Source: Octopus vulgaris (taxonomy: Eukaryota). From it: 64,000 bases of DNA. Positions 14,125-27,364 of the stretch are shown one piece after another (the first letter of the stretch is position 1; every line of letters begins with the position of its first letter). Below the pieces are notes generated by a model that had not been told where the DNA came from, did not search any database, and saw only the letters and a program-made list of their open reading frames with translations. Made by a program: the position numbers and the translations under genes. The DNA lies in the NCBI GenBank assembly GCA_951406725.2, contig OX597815.1:93558001-93622000 (forward strand). The letters run 5' to 3'.

Positions 14125-14775
14125 CTTTGAGTTTCGAAACGAACGGGAAAGGTACTCAATACCAAAGAAAAGTGTAAATATTTAGTGTTGAGATTGTTCT
14201 ATTCCTCAATTTCGCGTTTACTGCTGTTCACATAGCTAATAGGCTGTGTGTGTATGTGTGTGTAAGCATACATTCATGTATACAATTGTCAGAAAGGTAT
14301 ATAATGTGTGTGTGTGTGTATTAATATGAATCATTCACATCATCCAACCCTCAGACTCTAACTTTCGTCTTGAGATAAAATATAACCATAGACAATCCAT
14401 ACAATCCCGGTAAGAAAGCTTAGTGATGATGATGATAATGATGATGATGATGACAAAGAGGAGGAAGAGGGCGATGATGATAACGATGATGATGTCAATG
14501 ATAATAATAATAATAATATCTAACAAGCAATCTCCATTGAAATACAATATTAGGTTTTATAATAAAGCAAAGATGATATATTACAAGCTACTGATAAATT
14601 TGATAGCGTCGTGTTTTGTGTTACTGCTACAGAATGTATATAATTTGTAGTAAGAAATCAGTTGTAGCCACATTGGCTATTTTTTCTTCTCCCCTCTGTT
14701 CATACAGTGAGTGCCTCTCTCTTGACGGACGAAAATTTACAGCTGAGAACGAAGAAAAAGGTGAAAACTAATTAC

Positions 14776-14842
14776 CTGGTTTGTAATAATGAGCCACCTC
14801 ACTATCACTTATATTATCTTCCGTTTGTTCACACGAGCTCAT
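14776..14842 (-). CDS. Possible first coding exon of an unidentified host gene (MSSCEQTEDNISDSEVAHYYKP)
   Basis: gccATG at 14842-14840 with an open frame to a CAG|GTAATT donor at 14776/14775, in unique CpG-retaining sequence. No homology recognised. Confidence 0.25.
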
Positions 14843-16710
14843 GGCTCACATTTCCATATTCTATCAAGAAAACTTAAACTCCCTGTACATCACTGTAGTA
14901 GTCCGTGAGTACAGTCCACTGTCAGCCATTATACCAACACACACTTCGGCTACATTCGTATGTTTCCGTTACAGCTGCCGAATGCAAATTGTAAGACCGT
15001 CGATTCTGAGATCAAACCCCGTCGGACGATATTAATTGAGCTTGGCGAGCGTGTGAGTCAGGGAAAGGAGGAAAGTTGTAGAATTGTTTGAAGAATACTG
15101 AAGTTTTCAAAAATTCACCGCCGCTCTTACTGTGGTAGAAGACATTTCGCTACTACTCGTATCGAATGTTATTAAAATGTTCAGCGAGAGATATATAGAT
15201 AAATAAGTATTTCTCTCTTCGCTTTCTCTCCCGCTCTCTCTGTCTCTCATTCAAAACCGCGCTTTGGAATTGTGAAAACTATGAAAGACCATAGTTGCCT
15301 AAAGCTACATTCACATCTTTTAACAGATTTCTTGTTGAGTGGGCTGGTTGGCTTGTTTCTTGTTCATTATTTATTTCATATTTCAAAAATATACACTGAC
15401 TTTATATAAATGCTTTATTGAAATAAAATTATTAGAATGGTTCATTAAATTATTTTTTACATGTTTAAGCATTTTCATTTCATCTATTAAACCTATTTAT
15501 TTCTGGTTATAAAATAAACTAATATTTAAAATATTAACAAAACACTAAGCAGCCGTTAAAAATTTTTTACTTCATATTTTTTAATGTTAAACAACGATTA
15601 CCAGTAATTAATGTCTTAGAACGATCATGATTTTAGCTGAATGTTTAAGTTAAAAGTAAGTGAAGTAGAGTGAGTGGGCTAAGGCTGTGTAGTCAAGTAC
15701 TTCGCTCTAATCATCGTTAGGTTAGTGGCAGAGCATGAAAACAAGAGAGAGTCGTGTGCAAAATTCTTGAAGAAACAATCGCGGTAGAATGAGAGATACA
15801 GCAGGTATGAATGTTGGCTGCTGTACTCCCATCAAGTCGTCTCTGAAAGCAATGTTTTGAGTGTAAAAATATCTACTGAATGAAGTGAAGCAACAGCAGT
15901 TGTAATTTACATAGCTGTGTGAACCGTACTTCTATACTTCCATGTTCTGAACACTAGAGTTTGCTTATAAACTCATCAAGGTATGTGTGGACGTCAAAAT
16001 TCGAAATGAATAAATAATAATAATAATGATTTCTAACTTTGGCATAAGTCCACAAATTTTGAATTAGTGTTATAGCATAATTAGTAATCCTAACACTTAG
16101 CAGGTATATTATTTTATCGTCCCATAGAGATGAAAAGTGTAGTTAACTCTGACTAGATTTGAACTCTAAATATAAAGGGACAATAAATACAGCAAGACGC
16201 ATCAAAATTTTGTGGGGAGGAGTTAGTCGATTAAATCGATCTTACTAACCTAGAAGAGAGGAACGGCGAAGTTGGACCTCGGCGGAATTTGAGCTTTTAT
16301 CCAACGCTCTAACGATTCTACCAATCAACAGAATTCTAACAGCCCTAAGACCAGATGTTGTAGGAGTGTGTAGGTGACTAAACTGAAACCTCAAACATAT
16401 TTGATGGATGGTATAGTCAATTTTAAATCGCTGCTAATAGTTGGCTATACAAAATACCTTGTAGTATTATTTTGTTGTTGCTTTGTACGTGCTGGGTTCA
16501 AATCCTTCCGTGATCAACTTTGCTTCCCGAATTCGATAAAATAAAGTACTAGTTGAATACCTGGATCGATGTAATCGACAGATCCCCATCTAAAAATTTC
16601 CGACCTTGTCCCCTATTCAAGTCCTTAAATGAGCAGCGAGTTGGCAGAAATATTAGAATGTCAAAATGCTTTGCGGTGCTTCTTCCCTCTCTTCGTTCTG
16701 AGTTCAATAC

Positions 16711-16941
16711 CTATTTCTTTACTACCCACAAGGGGCTAAACACAGAGAGGACAAACAAGAACAGACAAACGGATTAAGTCGATTATATCGAACCAGTGCG
16801 TAACTGGTACTTAATTTATCGACCCCGAAAGGATGAAAGGCAAAGTCGACCTCGGCGGAATTTGAACTCAGAACGTTACGGTAGACGAAATACCGCTAAG
16901 CATTTCGCCCGGCGCGCTAACGTTTCTGCCAGCTCGCCGCC
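16711..16941 (-). mobile_element. tRNA-derived SINE with Nin/Deu-like central domain
   Basis: Reverse complement of 23776-24003; B-box-like gagttcaaattc and gtcgactttgcctttcatcctttcggggtcgataaa core. Confidence 0.85.
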
Positions 16942-19900
16942 AACATCAACTTTGCCTATCATCATTTTGGGGTCGATTAAATAAAGTACCAGTCATATAC
17001 TGATGTTGGTGGTATCAACTAACCACCTTCTCCAAAATCCATAATTATATTTATTCGTTCAGCCTAAAGAGAAGGCGTGTACTCAGACTCTTCAAACTTC
17101 CGATATGGATGCGGTTAACGTTTTCAATATATAACCATCATACATTTTTGCATACACTTGCACGTTCCCAACGTGTATGCCCAACTTCTCATTAAAATTA
17201 TTTCGTGGACCATGGGAATTTGAACTCAGAATGAGAAAGTATGTAACTAAATAGCATTTAGACCTTATGATTATAATTTCCAACTTTAGCACAAAGCCAT
17301 ACATTTTGGAAAAAGATTGTGTTACTTGAATCGGATCCAGTATACAAGAAGTACTTGTTTTTTCTACCCCTCTGTGAATAACGGACCATTACCAAATGCC
17401 GCATAATATTTTGTCCGACGCTTTACAGTTTCTGTCATCCAGTCTTGAAATTTGCTTTTTAGAATTTGAAAAATTACAATAAAGGAAAACAGTAAGACAT
17501 TTTTTTATGTATTCCTGCTAGAACTTCAAAGCTGTCATCAATTACAAACTCGTCATATTTCCGTGACTTCTCTAACAAACAGTCTAACTCTGTTATTTTT
17601 AAGCTTGGGGAAATTTTGAGGATTTATGGGGAAACTGTTTTTGGTTTTAAAAATCATTACCTGAACTGTTTTTACTAGATTAATTTTCCTTACAGTTGAT
17701 TTTTAAGGACACTAATGTTAAAGTAATATAAGGCTATTAATAAATTGCACTGTGCATAAGATAACTTTTTCTTATCATATATGTAGGAATTAACGGGATG
17801 ATGAATAGTAAAGGGAAGACATATAGACAGGATGGTTAAAAAGTACCGGTCTATTTTAAGATGTATGTTAACCGTCAGGACAACCCTGATCTACAGACAT
17901 TTAATCAAAGACGTTCCATCTGAAACCATCCTGTTTTTATTCAAGATGATGCTTGTGAATTGAGAGGAATTTGATTGCTATTTCTAGCATTCAAACGGTT
18001 ATATGAAATGTGCTTGTTGGCTTAGATTTAATATATCTGATAAAGGACATTATCTCGACACTGACACCGGTGAGAAATTATCTTGTTTCGTCAGTCCAGT
18101 ATGGATAACACCAAATTTTCCTTTGTTATTAGTCTTATGTTCAAATTTTACCACAGTCAAATTCATCTTTCTACAGTCCCAAGGTCGATAAAATAAGTTC
18201 TAGTCAAGTATTAGAAGCAATTTAATCGAATATTTCTCTCCTTCAGAAATCTGTGCACTTATGCTTATATGAGATAAACAATACATTCCATGGTCTTTAT
18301 ACAATTGACGTTTAGCTTCAGGTTAACCCTGATCGAGTAGACCTATGATCAAAGGTATTTCTACAGTGACCATCCAGTTTTATGGATATGTAGGATTAGT
18401 TGCATTCATCAATGTAACCTTTACTGTCCCAAGACGGTAGAATGTAATTTGAAGATTTGACTGCTACTTCTAGTAGATTGGTCAACCATGTAGAGGTCCC
18501 ATGATTTTCAGCTTGAACCACTGCACGTTGATGTCAGTTGTGAAAAATCTGAACAAGAGGGAATTCTGAAGGGTTGTGATTCTGGAGAGGAAATATAGAG
18601 TAGTGTTTAGTGTGGATGCTGGTAGGGGTCGAGACACAGAAAGAGAGAGATGAGAACATCAGGTGAGCCTCGACAGAAATAATAACACAACTTGCTGGTT
18701 CAGAGAAGTAGCAGCAGCAGCTTTAGTAGTAGTAGTAGTAGTAGTAGTAGCACAGCAGTAGCAGCAGCAGCACAGCAGTAGTGGTAGTAGCAGCAGTTGT
18801 AATACCAGCAGCAGCAGGAGGGACGAGAGAGAGAGAGATTATTGGGTCAGAGATTGTAAGCTGTTGGTTTGCAAAGATTTGCCAATTACTCAGATGGCCT
18901 TTTATTTGCTGAGTGTTTGTCTAATGTATGTGTGTGTAGAAGCTACTCTGTCCTAGATATGTGAGCAGTACTCTAATGTAGAATGCACTTCTACCTTTTA
19001 AATGGTCAGCAACGTTTTAGAGCAGACATACCATACTACTTTAGCTGTGTATAGTAATGGACATTAAATAGATACACTGAGAAACATTATTTAGGGATGG
19101 GAAACTGCTTTGTTCAGTCTGTTCTGTGTAGCTGTATCTAATTCTGTCCACCATCATCAGTGGTGGTATCATCATTATCATTATCAGCTTCATCATCATC
19201 ATCATTTTGATATCTTTTCTTTCAATACTACTGAGAACTGGGTACATGCACATTACTTCAGATTTTACTAGCTAGAAGAAAGTGTCAAAATACCAATTAG
19301 GTTATTTACAATATAAATTTTACGAATCTGTGAACTACTATTTTCTATATTAAATATGGTTGTGCATGCATACATATATGTACACAAATATTTACCTAGA
19401 TATCAACAGGGGGAAAAATGCAATATATAATCATCATTGTATGACTTTTTCATGCTGGCATGGTTTCGATAGATCATCAGAATCCAAGGTAATTCTTATT
19501 TGGTGTTAACTGCTTTTGTTTTGTTCATACATTCCATTTTAACACAGTATCTATGGCAAGATGTCCCTCCTAATGCTAAACAGTTTACAAAGACTGCTAG
19601 ATGCATTTTATTATTGCATTAATAATAGATCATCATGCCCTCACAAAACTAAGAGTCGTCTCTACATTGTCACTACACATTTTACAACTTTTACACAATG
19701 TACAGGTGTATTTTTGCCATAGCACCAACATTAGAGCAGCTGTCTTGTCAATTGCAAGACTAAAGGTTACTCTTTAGTACAAACATGCTTTAGCAATAAA
19801 GATGGGTGATGATAGAGAGAGGGAGGAGGAGAAAGAAAGAAAGGTAGAATGATAAAGGATAATGTTGGGAGAATTGAATACAGATCCAATGCTATTCCCT

Positions 19901-20099
19901 ATTATACAAAGTGGCATGGGACAGTGAATAAGAGAAAAGGCACTTGATGGATGAGAGGGCAATAGATGAAGACTTAACAGAAGCAGAACAGGTGAGAAAT
20001 TCAGTGTAGATATATATATTGTAAATCCCAGCCTCCATCACCACCACTGCCATTTCAATGACTATTTTGCCATGCTTTCACTTGTGTGTAGGACTCCTT

Positions 20100-20690
20100 C
20101 CTTATTGAAAGTCACTACTTGTTTCTATCTTTTGCCATCTTTATCAGATTGCCCCAAGCACCATTGTTAGTTTGATGTTCTGTTGCAGCCATAAATGGCA
20201 GTAGTAATCCAGGCAAGAATAAATGTCCTCCATAGGACCAACATGGTTTCCTTTTCCTTGTATTGATTGAACTCAGAATCCAACCAGCCAGTCACCTTGT
20301 TACTATGGAATGTTGCATCATTATTTATGTGAACTCCCAGGTCGTGCAACAACTGTGACTCTGGGACTGCAATACTACCTGGCCCTAAGCATTCTAATTG
20401 TAATCAACTTGTGAGCTAATAGCAGTGCATTTGAAATTTCTCAGCATTGAGCTGCATGTTTTCTTCAGCCCTCTTGTATATTGCATTCATATCTTTCTGT
20501 AGTTTTGAGATATCAGGGTCATTGACTGCCTGTAATACTTTTGTATTGTCAGTATTGCTGGTATGAGTGGCATGTCTGAGAGAGCTATCACAAACTGTAG
20601 TGGTCCCAATACAATTCCCTGAGTGAAGCACTTAGAACTAGTATTTTTTCAGAGAGCAACATTGGCTGTACCTGTCTGACTCCTAAATTT
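20100..20690 (-). mobile_element. CR1/Jockey-group LINE RT fragment
   Basis: DNTKVLQAVNDPDISKLQKDMNAIYKRAEENMQLNAEKFQ and DLGVHINNDATFH (ORFs 20416-20631, 20167-20352). Confidence 0.7.
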
Positions 20691-20776
20691 TAAATAGTCA
20701 TGCATTCACAGGCATATTCATACATATGTGTGTGTGTGTGTGTGTACATCTGTGTATATAGAAATGTGTGTGTGTG

Positions 20777-21046
20777 TGCAAGCCAACCAAAGCCTTGTGA
20801 GTGGATTTGATAGGCAGAAACTGAAAGAAGCCCATCATATATACATACATATGTGTGTGTGTGTGTGTGTCTTTGTATCTGCGTTTGTCCTCCCATCATC
20901 ACTTGACAAATGGTGTTGGTGTGCTTATGTCCCTGTAACTTAGAGGTTCAGCAAAAGAGAGATGATTTATTTGCCTGAAATCCTTCAAGGCAGTGCTCCA
21001 GCATGGCTGCAGTCAAATGATTGAAACAAGTAAAAGAATAAAAGAG
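20777..21046 (+). mobile_element. CORE-type SINE, 5'-truncated
   Basis: Matches 57090-57375. Confidence 0.75.
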
Positions 21047-21059
21047 TATATTGTCATTA

Positions 21060-21763
21060 TCATGTACTGTATGCCTGCAGCACATTGATGACACTGCAAG
21101 AAAAATTTTGCCAATTAAGCACAAGGTTCCCAGCTGCCTTGCTACTCTTGTCCAACCAGCTTTTGATATTGTCCATCCATTGCATTCTTTGTCTGCCTCT
21201 TGATCTACTGCCCTCTACACTTCCTTCTATGATAATGTTTTTCAAACCACTGCTTCTTCAGATATGGCCATAATGAATGAGCTTTTGTTTCTTCACATTA
21301 TTCAGGAATTGTCGTCTTTCACCTTCTTGTAACACCCTTCATTTATCTGATAATCCTTGTAAGAGACTTGTAACCTTCTCCTATACACCCATATTTCAAA
21401 TGCATTGATTATACTTTCTTTAAATTTTTTCATGTATGAGTGTTCATTTGGCCAACAGGCATTATAAATGCCTGTTGGTCAAATGAACACTCATACAAGC
21501 CTTGTTTTATACTTAGGACATTTTTGCTGGTCCAATTGTTAACAAATACACATGGTCTTTATCTCAACCATAAGCAAACTAAGGTCATGGTAGTAGGAAA
21601 AGAGAAAGTAAAAGTTGACATTAAACTGAGCAGTGAGAGGATTCAGGTTGAATTGTACAAGTATCTTGGAACCCAAGTCTCTGATAATGCCATATGTAAG
21701 AAAGAAATTAGGACACAGCTAGCTATGTCAAGAACATCCATAGAAAAGCTTACTAACATCTAG
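21060..21763. mobile_element. RTE LINE fragment with internal inversion (C-terminus on minus 21060-21430; thumb region on plus 21500-21763)
   Basis: IIIEGSVEGSRSRGRQRMQWMDNIK (minus) and GLYLNHKQTKVMVV..YKYLGTQVSDNAICKKEIRTQLAM (plus). Confidence 0.75.
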
Positions 21764-21793
21764 ACCATAATATATATGCATAGATATGATATA

Positions 21794-23400
21794 CAGGAAT
21801 CCCTGGCTTTACGGAAATAATGTATTCCTGAAAATCTGGCTATAACACAAAATTCCATAATGCAAAATTCATTTTCCTATTGATGTTCATATCATTAAGT
21901 AAGATTGCATTCCTGCAGACTTTTCCAATAAAAAAGCAAGCACAAGATTACAACAGAGAAAAAGCAGCATGATCTCCTTAATATATGAAAATATCAATTT
22001 CTGAACATACATAGTACAATACAGATACATATAAATGCAAAAACATTTTAAGAGAAATAAGTTAGGGAATAGATATGAATCATAATATTGTAAGAGTACT
22101 TCTTGCCCCAAAAGATGTTGACAAGCAACAATATTTACTATCTTATAGTTCATTATCACCAACATCAGCTTGAGAGGTGAAGATTTTAAATTGTCTGTTG
22201 TTTATGATGCATCCTCCCTTAGAACATCTCAATAGAGGAACAGAGCTCATTGTAATTTTTATGTTATATTCATGATTGGGATCATTATCAGCAAAAATTT
22301 GCAGACCTTCTATAAGTGCCAACCCTTTAGCAATAATTTTTGTAGTCAATTTAAGTGGTGTAGGTGGAACTTCCATTCTCAGCTTGTCATCTTTCCTCCA
22401 GCATCAGCTCCCCATGAGATAAACTTTCTCTCTGGTACACTAGTGACTCAGCTACATCATCCTCTATGACTTCTTCAAATCCTATATGTTTTGCAAGTGT
22501 CACAATATCTTTCCGAATTTGAAGCAAACTTTCTGCTTTTGGAAAACTTGTAATGTCACAAATACAGTTTGGCTATATACTTTTCCAAGGACTATTTGAA
22601 GTTGAAGGTTTCACTTCATCCCATGACTCAGCTATATTTTTCACAGCATCCATTATGTTGAAATTCTTCCAGAAATCTCTAACTGTAGGTTTATTCTCTC
22701 TGCCAATTGCTTTCATAAGTTGTCTGAAAGTTCTTCTCATAAGATATGTCTTGAAGTCAGTAATCACACCTTGATCCATTGGCTGGAGCAAGGAACGTGT
22801 ATTCTTAGGGATATATTCTACTTTCACATTATCAAAGATGTCATCTAAGCTCACTCAGTGGCTCAAGGCAAAGTCTAAAAGAAGCAATGTTTTGTTTGAA
22901 AGGTTATGTTTGTCACTTTCTACAGAAGGACAATAAATGTTTGTGAACCACTCTTTGAAAAGGCTCTTTGTCACCCATACCTTCTTATTTGAATGCAAAG
23001 TCAGAGGTAGATTAAACTTTGAATATGTAGAGATTTTACTTTCATAAGAAATTCCAGACAATTTTTGGAAGCTTTAAAACTGATTTTTCTTTTTGAAAAA
23101 TAAAACTTCTAACTGGCATGCTTTTACAGAGAAGTTCATTTTCTTCAACCTTGTATATTAGCTCTGATGTGTAGCCCCCTTTATCAACCATTTTCTTTAG
23201 ATGCTCAAGATAATTACAAGCTGCATCTATGTCAGCACTGACAGCATCACCAGTCATTTTTGTGTTGTGCAGATTCAAGTGCTTCTTAAACTTTTCAAAC
23301 CAGCCTTTACTTGCCAGGAAAGTTTTTTCATTAGAAGTTTAAACTTCTTTTTCAATAAATACTCATACAAAATTTTGACTTTCTTTTTATTACCATTGTC
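21794..23400 (-). mobile_element. pogo/Tigger DNA transposon relic (DDE_1 transposase pseudogene)
   Basis: YIPKNTRSLLQPMDQGVITDFKTY, LLLLDFALSH, ASKGWFEKFKK; TA followed by a cag-starting terminus at 21794. Confidence 0.85.
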
Positions 23401-23775
23401 ATTGGCACATATATACATACCTGTACATAAATACACACATAATCATGCATATATCTACATATACTCACGTAGCAGGTTTATACATATGAGACTAAATATG
23501 TACAAATCCAAACACTGGGTATTATTGGTGTATTACATTATATGATGAAATGAAATAATTTGAAAATGGGAAATGATGAATCAAAACTTAAACAAGAAAT
23601 TTTTTTAAATAGCACAAAAAAATAAAGATAAAAACAAATAATAAAATTTGATACTTCCATAGGTCTTTAAAGCAAAATGGTAAAAAAAGCACACCTCTTT
23701 GCTTGTTGAATAGGTGAATGCACTCATGCAGTACACTGGATGTGATAAACATGTGCACATTAACATATATATAGA

Positions 23776-24003
23776 AGGCGGCGAGCTGGTAGAAACGTTA
23801 GCACGCCGGGCGAAATGCGTTGCCGTATTTCGTCTGCTGCTACGTTCCGAGTTCAAATTCCGCCAAGGTCGACTTTGCCTTTCATCCTTCCGGGGTCGAT
23901 AAATTAAGTACCAGTTACGCACTGGGGTCGATGTAATCGACTTAATCCGTTTGTCCTTGTTTGTCTCCTTTGTGTTTAGCCCCTTGTGGGTAGTAAAGAA
24001 ATA
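23776..24003 (+). mobile_element. tRNA-derived SINE with Nin/Deu-like domain, near full length
   Basis: ggcggcgagctggtagaaacgttagc (A-box-like), gagttcaaattc (B-box-like), conserved core and gtaaagaaata tail. Confidence 0.85.
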
Positions 24004-24479
24004 TATATATGTATATGTATATACAAGCATGTTCTGCCACTACCAGCTGGTATACATGCATGTTCTGTCATTATCAGCCTTTATGAACAAGGTTGCTTAG
24101 CTTAATGACATCTTTGGAATAGGAATGCCTTTAACTGTTCTTTAATTTACCATCTCATTCTGCAATCCATCCTCAGTCATTGACAGACTGTTGCCACGCA
24201 CACTTAACAGTTCTTAAATGTTTGTAATTCTGATTAGAAATTTCACTTGTTGATGATTTGTTGATTGATTAACTTGTCACTGCTCACTTATTTATTTGGT
24301 TAGCCTGATGAGTTGAGAGCCGCATAACATCTTATGGATGTTGTGCATACTGCATACCTGACTATGCTTATGTCACAATAAAGATGCTTAATGAAGCAAC
24401 TGTAGCAATACCAAATGACCCATTTGCCTTCATCCATTTTTGTTTTATATATATATATATATACACTTATACTTATGTA

Positions 24480-24536
<57 letters not shown>

Positions 24537-24540
24537 ATAT

Positions 24541-24736
24541 ATGTTGGATCGCTAGCTCCTACACGCATTTTTTTTCTCTCCTTGTTTCTTTTCTGTGTAT
24601 ATCTCTGTCGAAGAGCGTAGACTTGAAACGTAAAAGACTTGTTTTATTTCTATTCCTGAGCGTCATACTAATACAATTGTTTGTTTGTACTCCACCTGCC
24701 TTCGTCTTTTGTTTATTTTCGTAAACCTTCCCGTTA
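24541..24736 (+). mobile_element. Short (TA)n-embedded element with minimal hammerhead-like motif (PLE pLTR-like)
   Basis: Motif at 24600-24637: CTGTCGA-A-gagcgtagactt-GAAACGTA-aaaga; reverse copy at 50759-50970. Confidence 0.6.
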
Positions 24737-24786
24737 TATATATATATATATATATACATATACATATGTATGTGTGTGTATATATC

Positions 24787-25322
24787 ATCATCATCATCAT
24801 CGTTTAACGTCCGTTTTCCATGCTGTCATGGGTTGGACAACTTGACTGAGGTCTGGAGATCCAGCAGCTGCACCAAGCTCCAATCTGATCTGGCAATACT
24901 TCTACAACTGGATGCCCTTTCTAATGCCAACCACTCCGAGAGTGCAGTGGGTGCTTTTTACATGCCACTGGCATAGGAGCCAGTCAGGCAGGCCTGGCAT
25001 CGATCACGTTCAGATAGTGCTTTTTACATGGCACTAGCAGGAGAGCCAATCCGGGGGATTGGCATCGGCCACATCCAGTTGGTGCCTTTTACGTGCCATG
25101 AGAGTCAGTCAGAGGGTACTAGCATCATCCACGTTTGGATGGTGCTTTTTATATGCCACTGGCACAAGAGCCAATCAGGCAGACCTGGCATTGACTATGT
25201 TCAGATGGTGCTTTTTATGTGCCACTGGCATGGATACATATATAAATATATATACATATATATATTTATATTGGAAAATGCACCACATTCAGATGGTGCT
25301 TTTTATGTGCCACTGGCATGGA
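24787..25322 (-). mobile_element. RTE LINE 3' UTR with internal ~55-bp tandem repeats
   Basis: (CAT)n tail plus repeated ggtgctttttatgtgccactggca units as in 62700-63050. Confidence 0.75.
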
Positions 25323-25467
25323 TACATACATATATATATATATATGTATGTGTGTGTGTATATATATATATATAGATAAGAAAGTTGGTTTGTGAAACCA
25401 ACTTATATATATATAAATATATATATTTATATATATATATATATATAAATATATATATATGTATATA

Positions 25468-25641
25468 TTCACCATGATAGATTGCTAGCCACTACACATT
25501 CTTTATTTTCTCTCCTTGTTTCTTTCTGTAGAAGAGCGTAGGCTCGAAACATTAAAGACTTTTTCACTTCCCAAGTGTTAAACTAATACATCTGTTTGTT
25601 GTCTACACCACCTATCTTTTTCTTTTGTTTTACTTTTGTGA

Positions 25642-25645
<4 letters not shown>
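25468..25645 (+). mobile_element. Short (TA)n-embedded element with minimal hammerhead-like motif
   Basis: 25521-25558: tcttt-CTGTAGA-A-GAGC gtag GCTC-GAAAC-ATT-aaaga; related to 24541-24736. Confidence 0.6.
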
Positions 25646-25681
<36 letters not shown>

Positions 25682-26254
25682 GAAAAAGCACCCACTACAT
25701 CCTATAAAGTGAGTGGTTGGTAAGTGGAAAGATATTCAGCCATAGGAACCAAGTCAGATGACATGTATGAACACACATGGGAGCAGCAAATTCCAATAAG
25801 AAACGATTTGAACAATGTGACCCATCCAACCCATACCAGCATGGAAAGAAGATGATATAAAATGATTATGTAAAAAGGTGATACACCTATACACATACAC
25901 AAACACACACACCTACGTGTATGTATGAATGTATGTTTGTGTATGCTTATGTAAGTATGTATGTATGTATATCATTATTCAGTTTAATTTTGAGATTTTT
26001 GTCAAAAGAGAAAGAGCCGGTTTCTAACCTAGATCCATGGCTACTTTATTAGAATTTCAACATCAACAGGGTATTTTTGTTTGTTTGTTTGTTTGTTTGT
26101 TTGTTTGTTTGTGTGTGTGTATGTATGTATGTGTGTGTGTGTGTGTATATGTAAGTATGTGTGCAGATTTATATGTTTTATGTATGTATGCATTTCAGAC
26201 TACAAATAACTCTTCAAACATAAACAAATCTCTCTCAGACACACACTCTCTCCC

Positions 26255-26291
<37 letters not shown>

Positions 26292-27149
26292 TTGTGTGTG
26301 TGTGTGTGTGCACACACATATTAATATGCATACATTGAGAAAGAGAGAGAGAGATGAGTTATTACTAGTCTGGTAAAAATAGAATTATGAACCCTAAAGT
26401 TTTGTATTTTTATTTACTCCTGACTAGGATTAACCTAACAGGCATACATTTTAAATCACAGGCTTTCATCACATTTGTCCTTTCTGTGACTGTCTCATAA
26501 AACCCACTTTGATCATTTTAATGTTATTTAATAATATGTCCTTAAAGTGTTCTGTATAGATGTTTAGCCATTTGCTGATAATAAGAGTGAGTCAATAGCT
26601 ATCCTCTCCTGTTATTGGTATAATAATTAACTGGAAATTTCCAGCTGGATGTGAGTTATATTTAAGTACGGAGTCAACATTTCCATTATGACATTCGATT
26701 GTAATATCTTATTAACAATTGGCTGGGCAATTAGCTTTATCTTCAGTTATTTTATTTACAGTACATTTGATCAATGTATAGTTTGAGGCTACCATAATGT
26801 TGTTGTTGCTAATGCTGCTGTTGCTATTGTTGTTGTTGTTGATGATGATGATGATGATGATGATGATGAGCTTTGCTCAAATTCATTCCATGAATGTCTA
26901 TTCCATCTTTAATTTTCAGACATAGAATAGATGCATTTATAATTTCATAGAATATTGCTGTCTTTACACCATCACCCTACCTTCACTTATAAACACAAAG
27001 AGAAAAACTTAATCTTTACATGAGTGCTTTTCTTTGCCCATAGGTATAAATGAATGTCTCACATTCTCCTAGTTCACTTCTACCCTTGCCTATTTCTTTT
27101 TTCTTCACATTTAACCATAACGAACCCCTAACACTTCTTCCCAACTTTG

Positions 27150-27364
27150 TACAAGGGAGTGCAACAAAGTTTCTGGTTTTAAGGGTATCACAAAAGGCCT
27201 GGTTGGAGGCCCACCTTCTGAGTTCTTTTACAGGGCTTAGAAAAAATGAAGGACTGCTACAATAAGTGTGTGAATCTGAGCGGGGAATATGTTGAATAAA
27301 ATCTTAAGTGATGCTCCTGTATTTTTTTTTACCCAAAGCTGGGAACTTTTTAGCACCCCACCAT
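27150..27364 (+). mobile_element. Mariner-derived MITE
   Basis: Imperfect terminal inverted repeats; retains a transposase C-terminus-like DCYNKCVNLSGEYVE*. Confidence 0.55.
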
